A stretch of DNA of 64,000 nucleotides from Gekko japonicus (taxonomy: Eukaryota), in the NCBI RefSeq assembly GCF_001447785.1, contig NW_015164754.1, positions 104,749 through 168,748 of the forward strand, read 5' to 3'. Within the stretch, counting starts at the first letter, position 1. Every line of letters starts with the position of its first letter. A program made the position numbers and the translations under genes. Of this stretch, positions 37,642 to 50,472 are shown one piece after another. The notes under the pieces were generated by a model. It did no database searches and had not been told where the DNA came from. It saw only the letters and a program-made list of their open reading frames with translations.

Positions 37642-38820
37642 GGCCCTGGTTACACGGGCTGGATATCACCGGGGGGGGGGGGTGGCTAATTGCCCTGGCG
37701 CAGTTTGATCCACAATTATGCTATCAGACGCACCGGCGGCACACCACGGGTCATAAGAACATAAGAACATAAGAGATGCCAACGTTGGATCAGGCCAAAG
37801 GCCCATCCAGTCCAACACTCTGAATCACACAGTGGCCAGAAATACCAGTGCCATCAGGAGGTCCAGCAGTGGAGCCAGGAAATTAGAAGCCCTCCCACTG
37901 TTGACCCCCCCAAGCACCAAGATGACAGAGCATCNNNNNNNNNNNNNNNNNNNNNNNNNNNNNNNNNNNNNNNNNNNNNNNNNNNNNNNNNNNNNNNNNN
38001 NNNNNNNNNNNNNNNNNNNNNNNNNNNNNNNNNNNNNNNNNNNNNNNNNNNNNNNNNNNNNNNNNNNNNNNNNNNNNNNNNNNNNNNNNNNNNNNNNNNN
38101 NNNNNNNNNNNNNNNNNNNNNNNNNNNNNNNNNNNNNNNNNNNNNNNNNNNNNNNNNNNNNNNNNNNNNNNNNNNNNNNNNNNNNNNNNNNNNNNNNNNN
38201 NNNNNNNNNNNNNNNNNNNNNNNNNNNNNNNNNNNNNNNNNNNNNNNNNNNNNNNNNNNNNNNNNNNNNNNNNNNNNNNNNNNNNNNNNNNNNNNNNNNN
38301 NNNNNNNNNNNNNNNNNNNNNNNNNNNNNNNNNNNNNNNNNNNNNNNNNNNNNNNNNNNNNNNNNNNTTTCTCTACCTGCTCTTTCCCATGCATAATCTT
38401 ATAAACCTCAATCATGTCGTCATTTCTCCAAGCTAAAGAGCCCTAAGCGCCTTAACCTTTCCTCATAGGGAAAGTGTTCCAACCCATTTATCATTTGAGT
38501 TGCCCTTTTCTGCACTTTTTCCAAAGCTATAATATCCTTTTTAAGGTGTGGTGACTGAGGGTCCTTCCCTCAGTGCCGGCGTGTAAATGAGGGGCCGGAG
38601 GGGAAAGCCATGGGCTGGCGCAATCACACCACAGGAGTCTGGAGGCAGCCCGTGGCAAACCGTTTACCAGTACTTTGGAAGTACTACTTTTTTAATGCAC
38701 ATTTTCGGCGGTAAGCCACGGGTGTGCTCCACTTCCCAGATGTTGGGGTGTGATTGCGCCCGGATAATCCGCCCACCATCCGTGCCTCTCCCGTGGCAAC
38801 TTTGCCGTGTGACCGGGGCC
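37642..38820. mobile_element. Harbinger-like MITE interrupted by an antisense CR1 (about 37751-38555, spanning a gap)
   Basis: GGCCCTGGTTACACGG...CCGTGTGACCGGGGCC TIRs; 3-bp TSD CAG. Confidence 0.78.
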
Positions 38821-39907
38821 CAGGATCTGCAGTTTCGAAAGCTAGTCAGCAAATCCATTGACAGCTCTCGGACTTTAAAAATCCCCGAGCAGCTTGAAAG
38901 GAAATATTTGCAATTGCAGCCACTTCTCTCTGCTGGTGAATTAGTTGACATGCTTTCTCCAAAGCTCTCCTACTCTCTGGGTGTCCAGTGAACCCCCTCT
39001 CACACTCAGGAGATCTGAATATGGAGTGGAAGGTGACCTTCCCCTTTTTAGAAAGCCAAAAGAGGTACAAAAATGTAGTCTCTGAGTAAATACAGTATGC
39101 ATATATCATGTTTGTGCTACATGACTGGATATTGTGCTATCAATGTGTGATTGCAATGATTTTCAACTAGATTGGATTGTCTAAATAATCCCATCACAAA
39201 GTATTGCTATACCACAAGGATTAACATTCTCTCAAAGACTAATAAATTGCAATTTAGGGTTCCGGCCGACGAGGGAGGGCGTCTGAACTGCAGCGCTGCC
39301 TGATCAGAACAGTATTTTAACTTTATTTTATATCCATTTAATTGCTTTTAGGCTATTTTGTATGGAATTTTAAAAAGTGAACTGTTTATCTTTTGTGTGA
39401 GAAAGTTTTGAGAGCCGTTAGCTTTTTGACTCCAATTTGTTTGCCTCACTATAATTTACTCTGGAACTGGGAGACGGTTAGCCGGTTTTGCTATGATAAA
39501 GAGAGAACACAAAGAAACTCTCTTAATTAAGAGGGGTTTTTTTTTACGTTTCCCTCTCTTCATGCATTATAATGCCTGCAGAGAAACGACCAAGAGATAT
39601 AGAGGAGGCTGCTCTATTTCCAGCCTCCAAACAACCCAAGATTAATATGTTGTCGAAGGATAATCCAGGATCAGCTATACCACAAGGATAGCACAATAAC
39701 TAACAAATGAGGATGCAGGCTTAGATTATCGACTATGGGGCCACTGAACAAATTTGCACAATTTTTTCTCTACTCCAGCACTGACTGTTAATACCAGCTA
39801 CTCAGTGCATGTTGCAACTTTACACCAGGAATTAAATTAAAAACCCCTCTAACAATGTTCTCTCCTTTGATTCCTTACCAAAATTCTATTTGACAAACGG
39901 ATATCTA

Positions 39908-40330
39908 CTAGCACTGTGGCTTCCTGAGACACAATTTACGTACGCCATCTTTCATCTCCTTATTCCTCAGCGTGTACATAAGGGGATTTAAGAGAGGGGT
40001 CACTGCAGAATAGCACGTGACCAACACTCCATTAAAGGAGTCCAGAGATGGTGGACGTATGTAGTTGTATATTGCAGGAACATAATATATCACCACCAAA
40101 GTGATATGGGCAGTGCAAGTGGAGAAGGCATGCCGTCTCCCTGTAGAAGTGGGAATCCTCAAGTTGGCAGAGATGATATATATATAGGATGCCAGAATCA
40201 AGAGGAAGCAGGCCATACCCACAAACCCAATGTCAATCAATATCATCTCATTGATCAATGTGTCTGCACAGGCCAACTTCAAGTGGAAGGTAAGAGAGGA
40301 ATGTATCACACCATGGATGGAACCTGCAAA
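39908..40330 (-). pseudogene. 5'-deleted OR10G6-like pseudogene (TM4 end to C-terminus) with an internal ECL2 deletion
   Basis: GSIHGVIHSSLTFHL joined directly to KLACADT; HAFSTC; PLLNPLMYTLRNKEMKDGVRKLC; close paralog of 43026-43988. Confidence 0.92.
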
Positions 40331-40855
40331 GTTGAAGTGTTGACCTTGATTGGCCCTGGGACAATTCATACAACCGTGATGAGATTGTGAACACTTTCCA
40401 GAATGTTCTAAGTTGTGATATTGAGATGTGTTGGAACATTAATGTGATGGCTGAACATAAAAAAAATGGGATACGCATATGGCAGGCAATTAATTTACAT
40501 TAAACTCTGAGTATGGGGAGATTAGAGATTGTAACTACTGGTTTCAAGGTAAATACATACCTGAGTGTGCCTTTCATACATTGAATAAATGCTAACTGGA
40601 GTTTCCTGAAGCAGTCATGTTGAGTTATCCTTAAGCATTAAAAGGAAACACGGTTGAATCCATTTAGGCTTTTTACTCAATCTTGCCCAAATCCACTTCT
40701 TACTATAGCTCCCATCCCACAAGGCTTTTGTACATGCAGGTCCCATGATCCTGAGCATAGCCTTTTTGGGTACTGAGAACAAGGTTTTGTAGTGACAGTT
40801 TATGCTTTGTGTCTCATTGGCAGCAGGTGATAACTGGTGTAATAAAAGATACAAT

Positions 40856-41318
40856 GGCCCCGGTCACACGGGCAGGAAACTGCAGAGGAGAAGCGTGGCT
40901 GTTTGCCCTGGGGCAAACTACTGCACAGTTACGTGATCAGACCTCCTGTGGAGGTTCCATGGAGGTTCCATGGCAAGGGAGAGGTGCCGATCACAGGACA
41001 AGCCGGCGCGCAACGAAGAAGCGCACGCCGCGGCAAACTGTTTTTTATTTTTGTGTACATGACAAATGCGCATGCTCCGTTGGGTGCGCATGCGCATCCA
41101 CAGAGACTTGGACAAAAAACCCCCACCTTATTTGCAAGGGGACATGGGCGGGCGCCGGATGCCACCGGAAACGCGATCAGACGCCCGCCCTTGCCCCGCA
41201 GTTTCCGGAAACTAGTACCTCCGAGGTACTAGTTTTTTGCCACGCAGTTTCGGCTGGAAGCCTCGGTTGAGCCACGGGAGTGCTACGCTTCCCAGATGTG
41301 CTGGTGAGATCGCGCCCT
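40856..41318. mobile_element. Harbinger-like MITE, one end lost
   Basis: GGCCCCGGTCACACGG end; reverse complement of the 52434 element. Confidence 0.75.
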
Positions 41319-42509
41319 TCTTCCGTCTTTGATGTATCTTCTTTCTTCAATTATCTTTTAGTTTTTATAAGTCCGGATCTGTCCATTCATGATATAAACC
41401 AAGTTCCTTTTTTCCTGGGAGACCTTCGCTTCCTTAAATGTCTTAGATCAAAAGAGTTTTTCCTTTTGTTGCAATTACAACACGCTCATTGGAGAGTCTA
41501 ACCTTTCTCTTAGTAAGCAGATCAATAAAGTTAGGGTAGCAAGCCCTTTACTCCAAAAAAACACTTTTCTATCAGCTTGCCAGTCCAGCCACAAAAAACT
41601 AAACTTAGAGTCTCCTTGCCATTCATACGTCTCTATGATCGTACTGTCCGTAGCTGTTTTTAGTACAGATCCAGATTGCTTCTCACTTTAGCTACCAGAG
41701 GGCCCACGATTTACTTTAAACACAGAGTCTATGGTTAGGTCACAACCTAACTTTCCACTATCCTCCTTTCTGAAGAAAGCATTGGTCCCGCCTCCCTCTT
41801 TGCCTCTCGTCGCCATCTTTTGGGGAAGTTTACATCAGCCGAGAAAGAATGCCAAAGTCTCTAAAGTCTGTTTAAACGCTCTGCTTTCTTTGAGAAAAAC
41901 TCTCTGCTACAGTCCATCGCCACAGTTTGATCAGTCCCTCCCTCCTTGCTTTCGCATTTGCTTAAAGTGTCGGGAGATAGGGCATCCCCTCCCCCCTTCG
42001 TTTATACGCTTATAGTAGAGGGACTTCATTTCTAGGCTTTAGTGTCTTGTTTCAACGACAACTCACTCATCAATCCTTGAATCGATCCACCAGGTCCTAA
42101 GATGGCCCCTGGGATCACGCCAGGCAGAGAAAATCGCTAAACCTCCAAATGCTTGTTCCGGTGGTCGCTTCTAATCCAGTACTGGGAATCAGGGCAGGAC
42201 CTTCAGGGCAGAGAGTAGCCCCCCTGTACCGGCTACTGGCCGGAGGTAGGGCTCTCCAAAGCCCCCTGGCTAGAAGCCCATTGCCTATGGGCTCCATGGG
42301 GGAGCGTGCACAATCACGCTCCCTCCTAATCCCCTATTCATGGCACACGTCTCTCCGAGGACCCCAGAGACGCCACCATCATTCAAAGCACCAAAGACTG
42401 GAAGCTCGATGATTGCAATAATTTGAATTGGATTACGCATGATAATCTCATTGCAAATGATTGCTGTACCACAAGAATAGGACAATATTCCGCAACATGA
42501 AGATGCGGG

Positions 42510-42604
42510 CTATGTGGCCATTGAACAAATTGACTATGTGGCCATTGAACAAATTGACTATGTGGCCATTGAACAAATTGAATATGTAGCCACTGAATAA
42601 ATTT
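42510..42604. repeat. 24-bp minisatellite (CTATGTGGCCATTGAACAAATTGA), about 4 copies
   Basis: Direct observation. Confidence 0.92.
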
Positions 42605-42756
42605 GCAGTTTTTTGTATATTCTTGCCCTGACTGTTAACACCAGTTACTCAGCAAATGATGCAACTTTACGACAGAAATTAACTATAAAAACCCCTCTAA
42701 CAACATTCTCTTCTTTGGTTTTTCGCTAAAATTATATTTGACAAACAGATCTCCAT

Positions 42757-42859
42757 TAACACTGTGGCTTCCTGCTGCATAATTTACGTACACCATCTTT
42801 CATCTCCTTATTACTCTGGGTGTATATGAGGGGATTTAAGAAGGGAGTCACTGCAGCAT
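42757..42859 (-). pseudogene. OR C-terminal remnant (AAVTPFLNPLIYTQSNKEMKDGVRKLCSRKPQC*)
   Basis: Diverged copy of the 3' end of the OR at 43026 plus its downstream flank. Confidence 0.85.
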
Positions 42860-43025
42860 GGCCATTGAACGAATTGAATATGTAGCCACTGAACAAATTT
42901 GCAGTTTTCTGTATATTGTGGCACTGACTGTAAACACCAGCTACTCAGTGAATGTTGCAACTTTACACCAGGAATCAACTAAACAGCCCTCTAACAATGT
43001 TTTCTTCTTTGGTTTGTCACCAAAA

Positions 43026-43988
43026 TTATGTTTGACAAATGGATTGTGGCCTCCTGCTGCATAATTTACGTACACCATCTTTCATCTCCTTATTCCTCAG
43101 CGTGTATATGAGGGGATTTAAGAAGGGAGTCACTGCAGCATAGAACATGACCAACACTTCATCAAAGGAGTCCTGAGATGGTGGACGTACATAGTTGTAT
43201 ACCACAGGAACATAATAGATCACCACCAAGGTGATATGGGCAGTGCAAGTGGAGAAGGCACGGTGTCTCCCTTTAGAAGTGGGAATCCTTAGGATGGCAG
43301 ATACAATATATATGTACGATGTCAGAATCAAGAGGAAGCAGGCCATAGCCACGAACCCAATGTCAATCAATGTTACCGTCTCGTTGATCGATGTGTTTGC
43401 GCAGGCCAACTTCAGCATAGCAGGGATGTCACATAAGACGTAGTTCACCTGGTTTCTCCAGCCATATGGCAAGTGGAAGGTAAGGGAGGAATGTATTGCA
43501 CCATGTACGGATCCTCCAAACCACGTGCCAGCTGCAAGGCAGAAGCAAACTTGGTAGTTCATGATAGTGCCATAGTGCAGTGGTTTACAGATGGCCATGA
43601 AGCGGTCAAAGGCCATCACAGTATACAGGAAGCATTCCGTACAGCCCAGGAAGTGGAAGAAGAAAAGCTGGGTTACGCAGCCTGCAAAGGAGATGACCCC
43701 ATTGCCTCCTATCAGCCAAGTGACTAATTTGGGTAACACAACTGAGGAGACCATCATGTCCATCATGGACAAGTGACAGAGGAACCAGTACATTGGCTTG
43801 TGCAAATGAGGTTCTAGTGCCACCACTAAGAGGATCAAGCCATTTCCGGAAAGGGACAGTATATACATGAGGAGGAGGAAGAAGACAAACAGGAATTTCA
43901 AGTCTTTGGGATAAGGGAATCCTAAAAGTTCAAAGTTCTGAAACATTGTTGTTGCGTTTTCACATCCTTTTATTGCAGCACTGATCAT
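43026..43988 (-). CDS. Olfactory receptor, OR10G6-like, intact, up to 320 aa (start codon ambiguous)
   Basis: All OR motifs ([28 protein letters not shown]). The MEC start of paralogs reads IKGC here, so initiation is at the upstream Met (43988) or Met15. Confidence 0.9.
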   Translation of the reverse strand: MISAAIKGCENATTMFQNFELLGFPYPKDLKFLFVFFLLLMYILSLSGNGLILLVVALEPHLHKPMYWFLCHLSMMDMMVSSVVLPKLVTWLIGGNGVISFAGCVTQLFFFHFLGCTECFLYTVMAFDRFMAICKPLHYGTIMNYQVCFCLAAGTWFGGSVHGAIHSSLTFHLPYGWRNQVNYVLCDIPAMLKLACANTSINETVTLIDIGFVAMACFLLILTSYIYIVSAILRIPTSKGRHRAFSTCTAHITLVVIYYVPVVYNYVRPPSQDSFDEVLVMFYAAVTPFLNPLIYTLRNKEMKDGVRKLCSRRPQSICQT

Positions 43989-44062
43989 TGCAGAACGAAA
44001 TGTATGTTAGCAATCCACAATTACTAGAAAGAAGAGAACACATTGTTAATAATTATTGTTTC

Positions 44063-44569
44063 TTTTACCTCTTTTGCATTCTCTTTTGGTCAAGACTTCG
44101 GTCATATAGACCCGTAATAAACCGAATCTGTAATTTCTGGCAAAATATAAGGAATATAATAAGAAAAATGTTAAATATTAACCTGAAACTCTGTCCAGAG
44201 ATTTATCTGTTAAATATAATCCCCAAGGAATATAAAGAAAATGATGTGTATGTATTAACTTATACTCTCACGGCAGCAAGAATCCTAATAGCTAAGTTTT
44301 GGAAACAGAAGAAAATACCAACAAGTAAAGAACTAGCTATAAAACTACTAGAGATAGCAGAAATGGACAAATTAAGTATAATATTACAAGGGAAAGAAAG
44401 GGAAAGAGGATAAAGTCTTTCAAGAAAGATGGGCTAAGGTATACAAATGGATAAAGGAAAAGAATAAATAATAGACTCAAGAATATCATTTATGTAAATA
44501 TTAAGATATGTATGAGCTTACTTTGTAAAATGGAAAATAAAAATTGTATTAAAAAACTGAATTGAATTG
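44063..44569 (+). mobile_element. 5'-truncated L1/Tx1-like LINE just upstream of an OR start
   Basis: FWQNIRNIIRKML...TAARILIAKFWKQKKIPT ORF2 C-terminus; AATAAA; TSD AATTATTGTTTC; absent from the paralog near 47555. Confidence 0.88.
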
Positions 44570-46064
44570 AATTATTGTTTCAAAACTGTCCTTGGATTCT
44601 TGAGTGTCTAGAGATTATCTAAGAACAAATAAGACATTTTACTTCTTCATGATTTCCAAAGCAAATACATGATTTAAAGAACCCTGTTTTCTAATCTATA
44701 AAGTTCTATATCTTAGCATAAAAAGCATGCCACTCTGATGGTCTTTGTGTAATTTTTTTTTAAAAAAAATTCAACATGGTTCACTATTCCTCCATTCTCT
44801 TCTCACACGCACCCAGTAAGGTAGTTACAGTGAGGGAGAGGGAGTTGTCCAAGTTTACCCAGTGAGCTTTGTGGTTTACATGGTAACTGGTACCTGGACT
44901 TCATCCGTCTTAGTACGACACTCCAACTATTTCAGTACAATTGTTGTCCAGTGTGAAATCTTGATTCCTTCCTTCCGTTTGTCATTCTCAAAACATCATT
45001 ATCGGTCAGAAGTCTTGGGGAGGCAAAATACAGGGTTCCTGAACTCCATATTTCAAATGTTTTAAATCAATAAAATATAAATAAATATTGCCCACTGCAA
45101 AGTTATCAGATTTCCAATAACAAGGACACCAGGAATCTTGGCTTTACACTCAAGCAACTTTATGAGCCTCTCTTTAATCTGGTAGAACTTGGGCAGAACT
45201 AGAAGCAGAATTTGAAACCAAGTATCAATTAGTATTCCAAAAATATCATAAATAAGCACCATACCAACCTCCCAAGCAATTATTATCCAGTCCTCAAGTT
45301 CAAAATTAGCATAAACATGCTTATTTCAAAATTAGGGTATGAACTGATAAGAAACTCACAACTACTGGTCTGGATATACCACCAGTTGATTGTTACCACA
45401 CCATGGAGAATTGCATATTTTTATTTCCCCCCCTCACAGCAGATATCAAGACAAGATCAAGATGAATTATATTTATGTTCCTTATGGTTATGGAGAGTAT
45501 CCAGTCTATGCCTGATCAACACAGTCCTCACCTGGTCCATGTCAAAGTCAGATTGCTATGTTTCACAGAAGCTGAGAGAAGTACCAGGAGCAGGAGGGTT
45601 TTTTAGGATGGACAATAATATGCTTGAATCTACATACCAAGTACAGTATGTATCCTTCATTCCTTTGTTCTCCGTCTTGTTCTCAGAACTCCCTGACCAA
45701 TGTTCTCTGGTGCAAGAAATATCTCATTGACCCACACAATCATGACTNNNNNNNNNNNNNNNNNNNNNNNNNNNNNNNNNNNNNNNNNNNNNTCTTCTGA
45801 AATAGCTGGCAGTTCTCAAGAAAAACAATCCTCTGATATGAATAACAGCTCAGTTCTAGAAGGAGACTGCTTTTTCTAAGGAAACTGAACATCTCAGCTA
45901 CTGATTAATATTCTCTACATTAAACTTTATAACCTTTTGTGCCCCACATGAATACCCATTTCCTGTCCCCTCTGCTCTCCACTCCTTCCATCTCCCTGGG
46001 TTCACAAGTATCTTTCCGCAAGAGGCTTCATTTTTTTTCAGTTAATAACACGGTCCAGAAGGCC

Positions 46065-46077
46065 TCATTAAAAAGAC
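46065..46077 (-). promoter_or_regulatory. Homeodomain (Lhx2-type) site GTCTTTTTAATGA in a putative OR promoter
   Basis: 11/13 match to the mouse H/P element 13-mer AACTTTTTAATGA; TCCCTGGG O/E-like site near 45993. Confidence 0.6.
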
Positions 46078-46168
46078 TGTTTCTCTTTGGTAGAACACAA
46101 GCATGTCCTTCCAAGCTGCAATGGAGGGTTTCCCAAGTGCCTGTAAAGTCATAAGAACATAAGAACAA

Positions 46169-46727
46169 TGTTGGGTCAGGCCAAAGGCCCATCCAGTCCA
46201 ACACTCTTAATCCAGCTCAGTATTGTAAATTCTTAATTTCCTTCATAATATCCTGGAATAAACCATAATCAATAAAAATCCACAAGAAGCCACATGGAAA
46301 ATAGTTATTTTAAACTTAACTTTTAGAAAACTTATTTCTGGTTCTATAATAAGTGTTGGGTCAGGCCAAAGGCCCATCCAGTCCAACACTCTTAATCCAG
46401 CTCAGTATTGTAAATTCTTAATTTCCTTCATAATATCCTGGAATAAACCATAATCAATAAAAATCCACAAGAAGCCACATGGAAAATAGTTATTTTAAAC
46501 TTAACTTTTAGAAAACTTATTTCTGGTTCTATAATAAGTGTTGGGTCAGGCCAAAGGCCCATCCAGTCCAACACTCTTAATCCAGCTCAGTATTGTAAAT
46601 TCTTAATTTCCTTCATAATATCCTGGAATAAACCATAATCAATAAAAATCCACAAGAAGCCACATGGAAAATAGTTATTTTAAACTTAACTTTTAGAAAA
46701 CTTACTTCTGGTTCCATAATAAGTGTT
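46169..46727. repeat. Tandem triplication, 3 x 185 bp
   Basis: tgttgggtcaggccaaaggccc at 46169, 46354 and 46539; nearly identical units. Confidence 0.95.
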
Positions 46728-46835
46728 TATTTTGGGAGCAAGCCAATCCTCTGTCGGTACAAAAAAGCCTCCTGGATTTTACTGGCTATACTATCCATGA
46801 ACACTAACTATTTATTTAGGTAGTAGCAATCCAGC

Positions 46836-47490
46836 AATCAAGAGGAAGCAGGCCATAGCTACAAACCCAATGTCAATCAATGTTACCATCTCGTTGATCG
46901 ATGTGTCTGCACAGGCCAACGTCAGCATAGCAGGGTTGTCACATAAGACGTAGTTCACCTGGTTTCTCCAGCCGTATGGCTAGTGGAAGGTAAGGGAGGA
47001 ATATATTATACCATTCAAGGACCCTCCAGACCAGATGCCAACTGCAAGGTCGAAGCAAACTCGGTGGTTCATGATAGTGCTGTAGTGTAGTGGTTTACGG
47101 ATAGCCATGAAGTGGTCAAAGGCCATCACAGTGTACAGGAAGCATTCCATGCATCCCGGGAAGTGGAAGAAGAAAAGCTGGGTTACGCAGCCTGCAAAGG
47201 AGATGGCCTTCTGTCAGCCAAGTGACTAATTTGGGTAATACAACACAGGAGTCCATCATGTCCATCACGGACAAGTGACAGAGAAACCAGTACATTGGCT
47301 TGTATAAATGAGGTTCTAGTGCCACCACTAAGAAAATCAAGATGTTTCCAGAAAGGGACAGTGTATACATGAGGAGGAAGGAGAAGACAAACAGGAATTT
47401 CAGGTCTTTGGGGTAAGGGAATCCTAAAAGCTCAAAGTTCTCAAACATTGTTGTTGCGTTTTCACAGTCTTTTATGGCAGCACCGATCAT
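46836..47490 (-). pseudogene. OR10G6-like pseudogene, paralog of 43026-43988
   Basis: 8-nt deletion near 47205 (frameshift), DRF>DHF, TTG>TAG stop near 46980, truncated after TM5 (ACFLLI). Confidence 0.94.
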
Positions 47491-47799
47491 TGGAGAACAA
47501 AATGTATGCTCACAATCCACAATTACTAGAAAGAAGAAAAAGACATTGTTAGTAATTATTTTTTCAAAGCAGCTATTGGATTCTTGAGCGTCTAGAAATT
47601 CTCTTAAGAACAAAGAAGACTTTTTTTCTCCTTCATGCAATTCCAAAGCAAATTCATGATTGAAAGAACCCTGTTATCTAATCTATAACGTTATCCATCT
47701 TTGCACGAATAGCATATGTTACTCTAATGGTCTTTGTGTTATTTCTCTTTTTTAAATTTCAGAACATGGTTCTCTGTTCCTCCATTTTCTTCTCACAGC

Positions 47800-48942
47800 C
47801 AGGCCTCGGTTCCTGCCGGAGCGCACCGGAGCACTGCTCCGCCAGTTAGGAGCTACCGCCAGTCAGCGGCTGCCGCCGAGAAGAGCNNNNNNNNNNNNNN
47901 NNNNNNNNNNNNNNNNNNNNNNNNNNNNNNNNNNNNNNNNNNNNNNNNNNNNNNNNNNNNNNNNNNNNNNNNNNNNNNNNNNNNNNNNNNNNNNNNNNNN
48001 NNNNNNNNNNNNNNNNNNNNNNNNNNNNNNNNNNNNNNNNNNNNNNNNNNNNNNNNNNNNNNNNNNNNNNNNNNNNNNNNNNNNNNNNNNNNNNNNNNNN
48101 NNNNNNNNNNNNNNNNNNNNNNNNNNNNNNNNNNNNNNNNNNNNNNNNNNNNNNNNNNNNNNNNNNNNNNNNNNNNNNNNNNNNNNNNNNNNNNNNNNNN
48201 NNNNNNNNNNNNNNNNNNNNNNNNNNNNNNNNNNNNNNNNNNNNNNNNNNNNNNNNNNNNNNNNNNNNNNNNNNNNNNNNNAAGAGCGGTAGCGGCCATA
48301 ACTTTTTAAGGAGCCCCAAAGGAGAGCTGGGGGAGCCAGAATGACCTCTGGCATGTGATGTCCGAGCAGCGTCGCATGTGATGTCCGAACGACATCACAC
48401 GCGAGAGGTGGAATTTGCCCCTACGAGTCCAAGGCCACCACCCCGGGGCTCAGGGAGGCAGGAGAACGTTTCACCCCGCCCCCCTGTGGGCGTCGAAGAA
48501 CAGTGGCGGCAGCCATAACTTTTTAAAAAGCCCCTAAGGAGAGCTGGGGGAGCCAGAATGACCTCTCGCGTGTGATGTCCGAGCGACAACGATGTCCGAG
48601 CGCCTCCCCCATGGGCAACGCCGCTCGGACATCACAGGCGATGGACTAGATGACCATGGAGGTCCCTTCCCACTCTATGAGTCTATGATTCTATAATTCA
48701 TCCAGGCTGGCTGTGGGCACGCCAGCCCCTCTGTCAGACAGAAGCGCCTGAGATCCTCCCCCTCCCCTTTACCTTTGCCCGACTTGGAGGTGAAGGGAAG
48801 GGAGGGGGGGGAAATGGATCCCAGGTGCTTCTGCCTGTCTGAGGGGCTGGTGCACACTTCCGGTGATGTCAGGGGGTGTGGCATATGCTAATAAGTTATG
48901 CTAATGAGCTCCTGCAGCTCTTTTTCTATGAAATGACCCCTG
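47800..48942. mobile_element. Longer family-B-related hAT element (contains a gap, internal repeats and a CR1 tail)
   Basis: TSD CTCACAGC at 47792-47799 and 48943-48950; empty site in the paralog near 44801. Confidence 0.85.
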
Positions 48943-49462
48943 CTCACAGCCACCCAATAAGGTAGTTACAGTGAGGGAGTCATCCAAGGTTACCCAGTGA
49001 ACTTTATGGTTTACATGGTAATTGGAACCTGGATTTCATCTGTCCTTAATACAGCACTCCAACTATTTCAGCATGCTTGTATGAAATCTTGATTCCTTCC
49101 ATCCACCTGTTATTCTCAAAACACCAGTATCCTTCAGAAGTTTTTGGGAGGCAAAATACAGGTTTCTGAGCTCCATATTTCAAATATTTTATTGCAATAA
49201 AATATAAGTAAATATAGCCCACTGCAAAGTTATCGGATATCCAATAAGAAGGACACCAGGAATATGCGGTTCCCACTCAAGCAACATTATGGTCCACTCT
49301 TCCCTCTAGTGGAATTTGAGCAGAATTAGAAGCAAAATTTTAAGGAACGTAGCAATTGTTATTTCAAAAACATAATACATAAGCACCTCAATCCATACCA
49401 ACCTCCCAATCAATTTTTATCCTGTCCTCAAGGTAAAAATTGGCATAAACATGCTTATAAAC

Positions 49463-49940
49463 AGCTGAGAGGTGACATGATCGAGGTTTATAAGATTATG
49501 CATGGGATAGAGCAGGTAGAGAAGGAAGTACTTTTTTACAATACAAGAACTCGTGGGGACTCCATGAAATTGCTGAGTGGTCGGGTTAGAACGGATAAAA
49601 GGAAGTACTTCTTCACCCAAAGAGTGATTAACACATGGAATTCACTGCCACAGGAGGTGGCGGCCGCTACAAGCATGGACAGCTTCAAAAGGGAACTGGA
49701 TAAACCTATGGAGCAGAGGTCCATTGGTGGCTATAAGTTATAGATAGGGACTCTGGGGCAAGTGATGCTCTGTATTCTTGGTGCTTGGGGGGGGCAACAG
49801 TGGGAGGGCTTCTAGTGTCCTGGCTCCACTGCTGGACCTCCTGATGGCACCTGGTATTTTTGGCCACTGTGTGACAGAATGTTGGACTAGATGGGCCATT
49901 GGCCTGATCCAACATTGGCTTCTCTTATGTTCTTGTGTTC
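49463..49940 (+). mobile_element. CR1 LINE 3' end
   Basis: LRGDMIEVYKIMHG...RTDKRKYFFTQRVINTWNSLP; empty site near 45320. Confidence 0.92.
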
Positions 49941-50472
49941 TTATTTCAAAATTAGGGTATGAACTGATAAGAAACTACTGGCCTGGTATACCACCAGTTG
50001 ATTATTACCCTACCATGGACAACTGCATATTTTTGTCCATTCCCCCCTCGCAGCAGCTGTCATGAGATGCTTAAGATGAATTATAGTTATGTTTCTTATG
50101 GTTATGGAGTATATGCCTGATCAACACAGTTCTCATCTGGACCATATAAAAGTCAGATTGTTATGGTTCAGTGACCTGAGAGAAGTACCAGGAGTGGAAG
50201 GTGTTTTTTTTTGGGAAGGACAATAATATGCTTGAATCTAGATACTTTACCAAGTACAATATGTATCAGTAATTCCTTTGTTCTCCGTCTCGTTCTCAGA
50301 ACTCCCTGATCAATGTTCTCTGGTGCAAGAAATGTCTTGGTGACCCACACAATCATGAACTACATTGGGTGGTCAGCAGGACACTTCTTAAAGCCAACTA
50401 TTGTTTGCTGAATTCTTCTGGCTGTTCTCAAGAGAGACAATCCTCTGATATAAATAACTTCTAAGTTCTAGT

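Noticed and set aside
42510-42604. CRISPR-like 24-bp repeats
   Set aside because: Head-to-tail with no spacers, in vertebrate DNA: a minisatellite.
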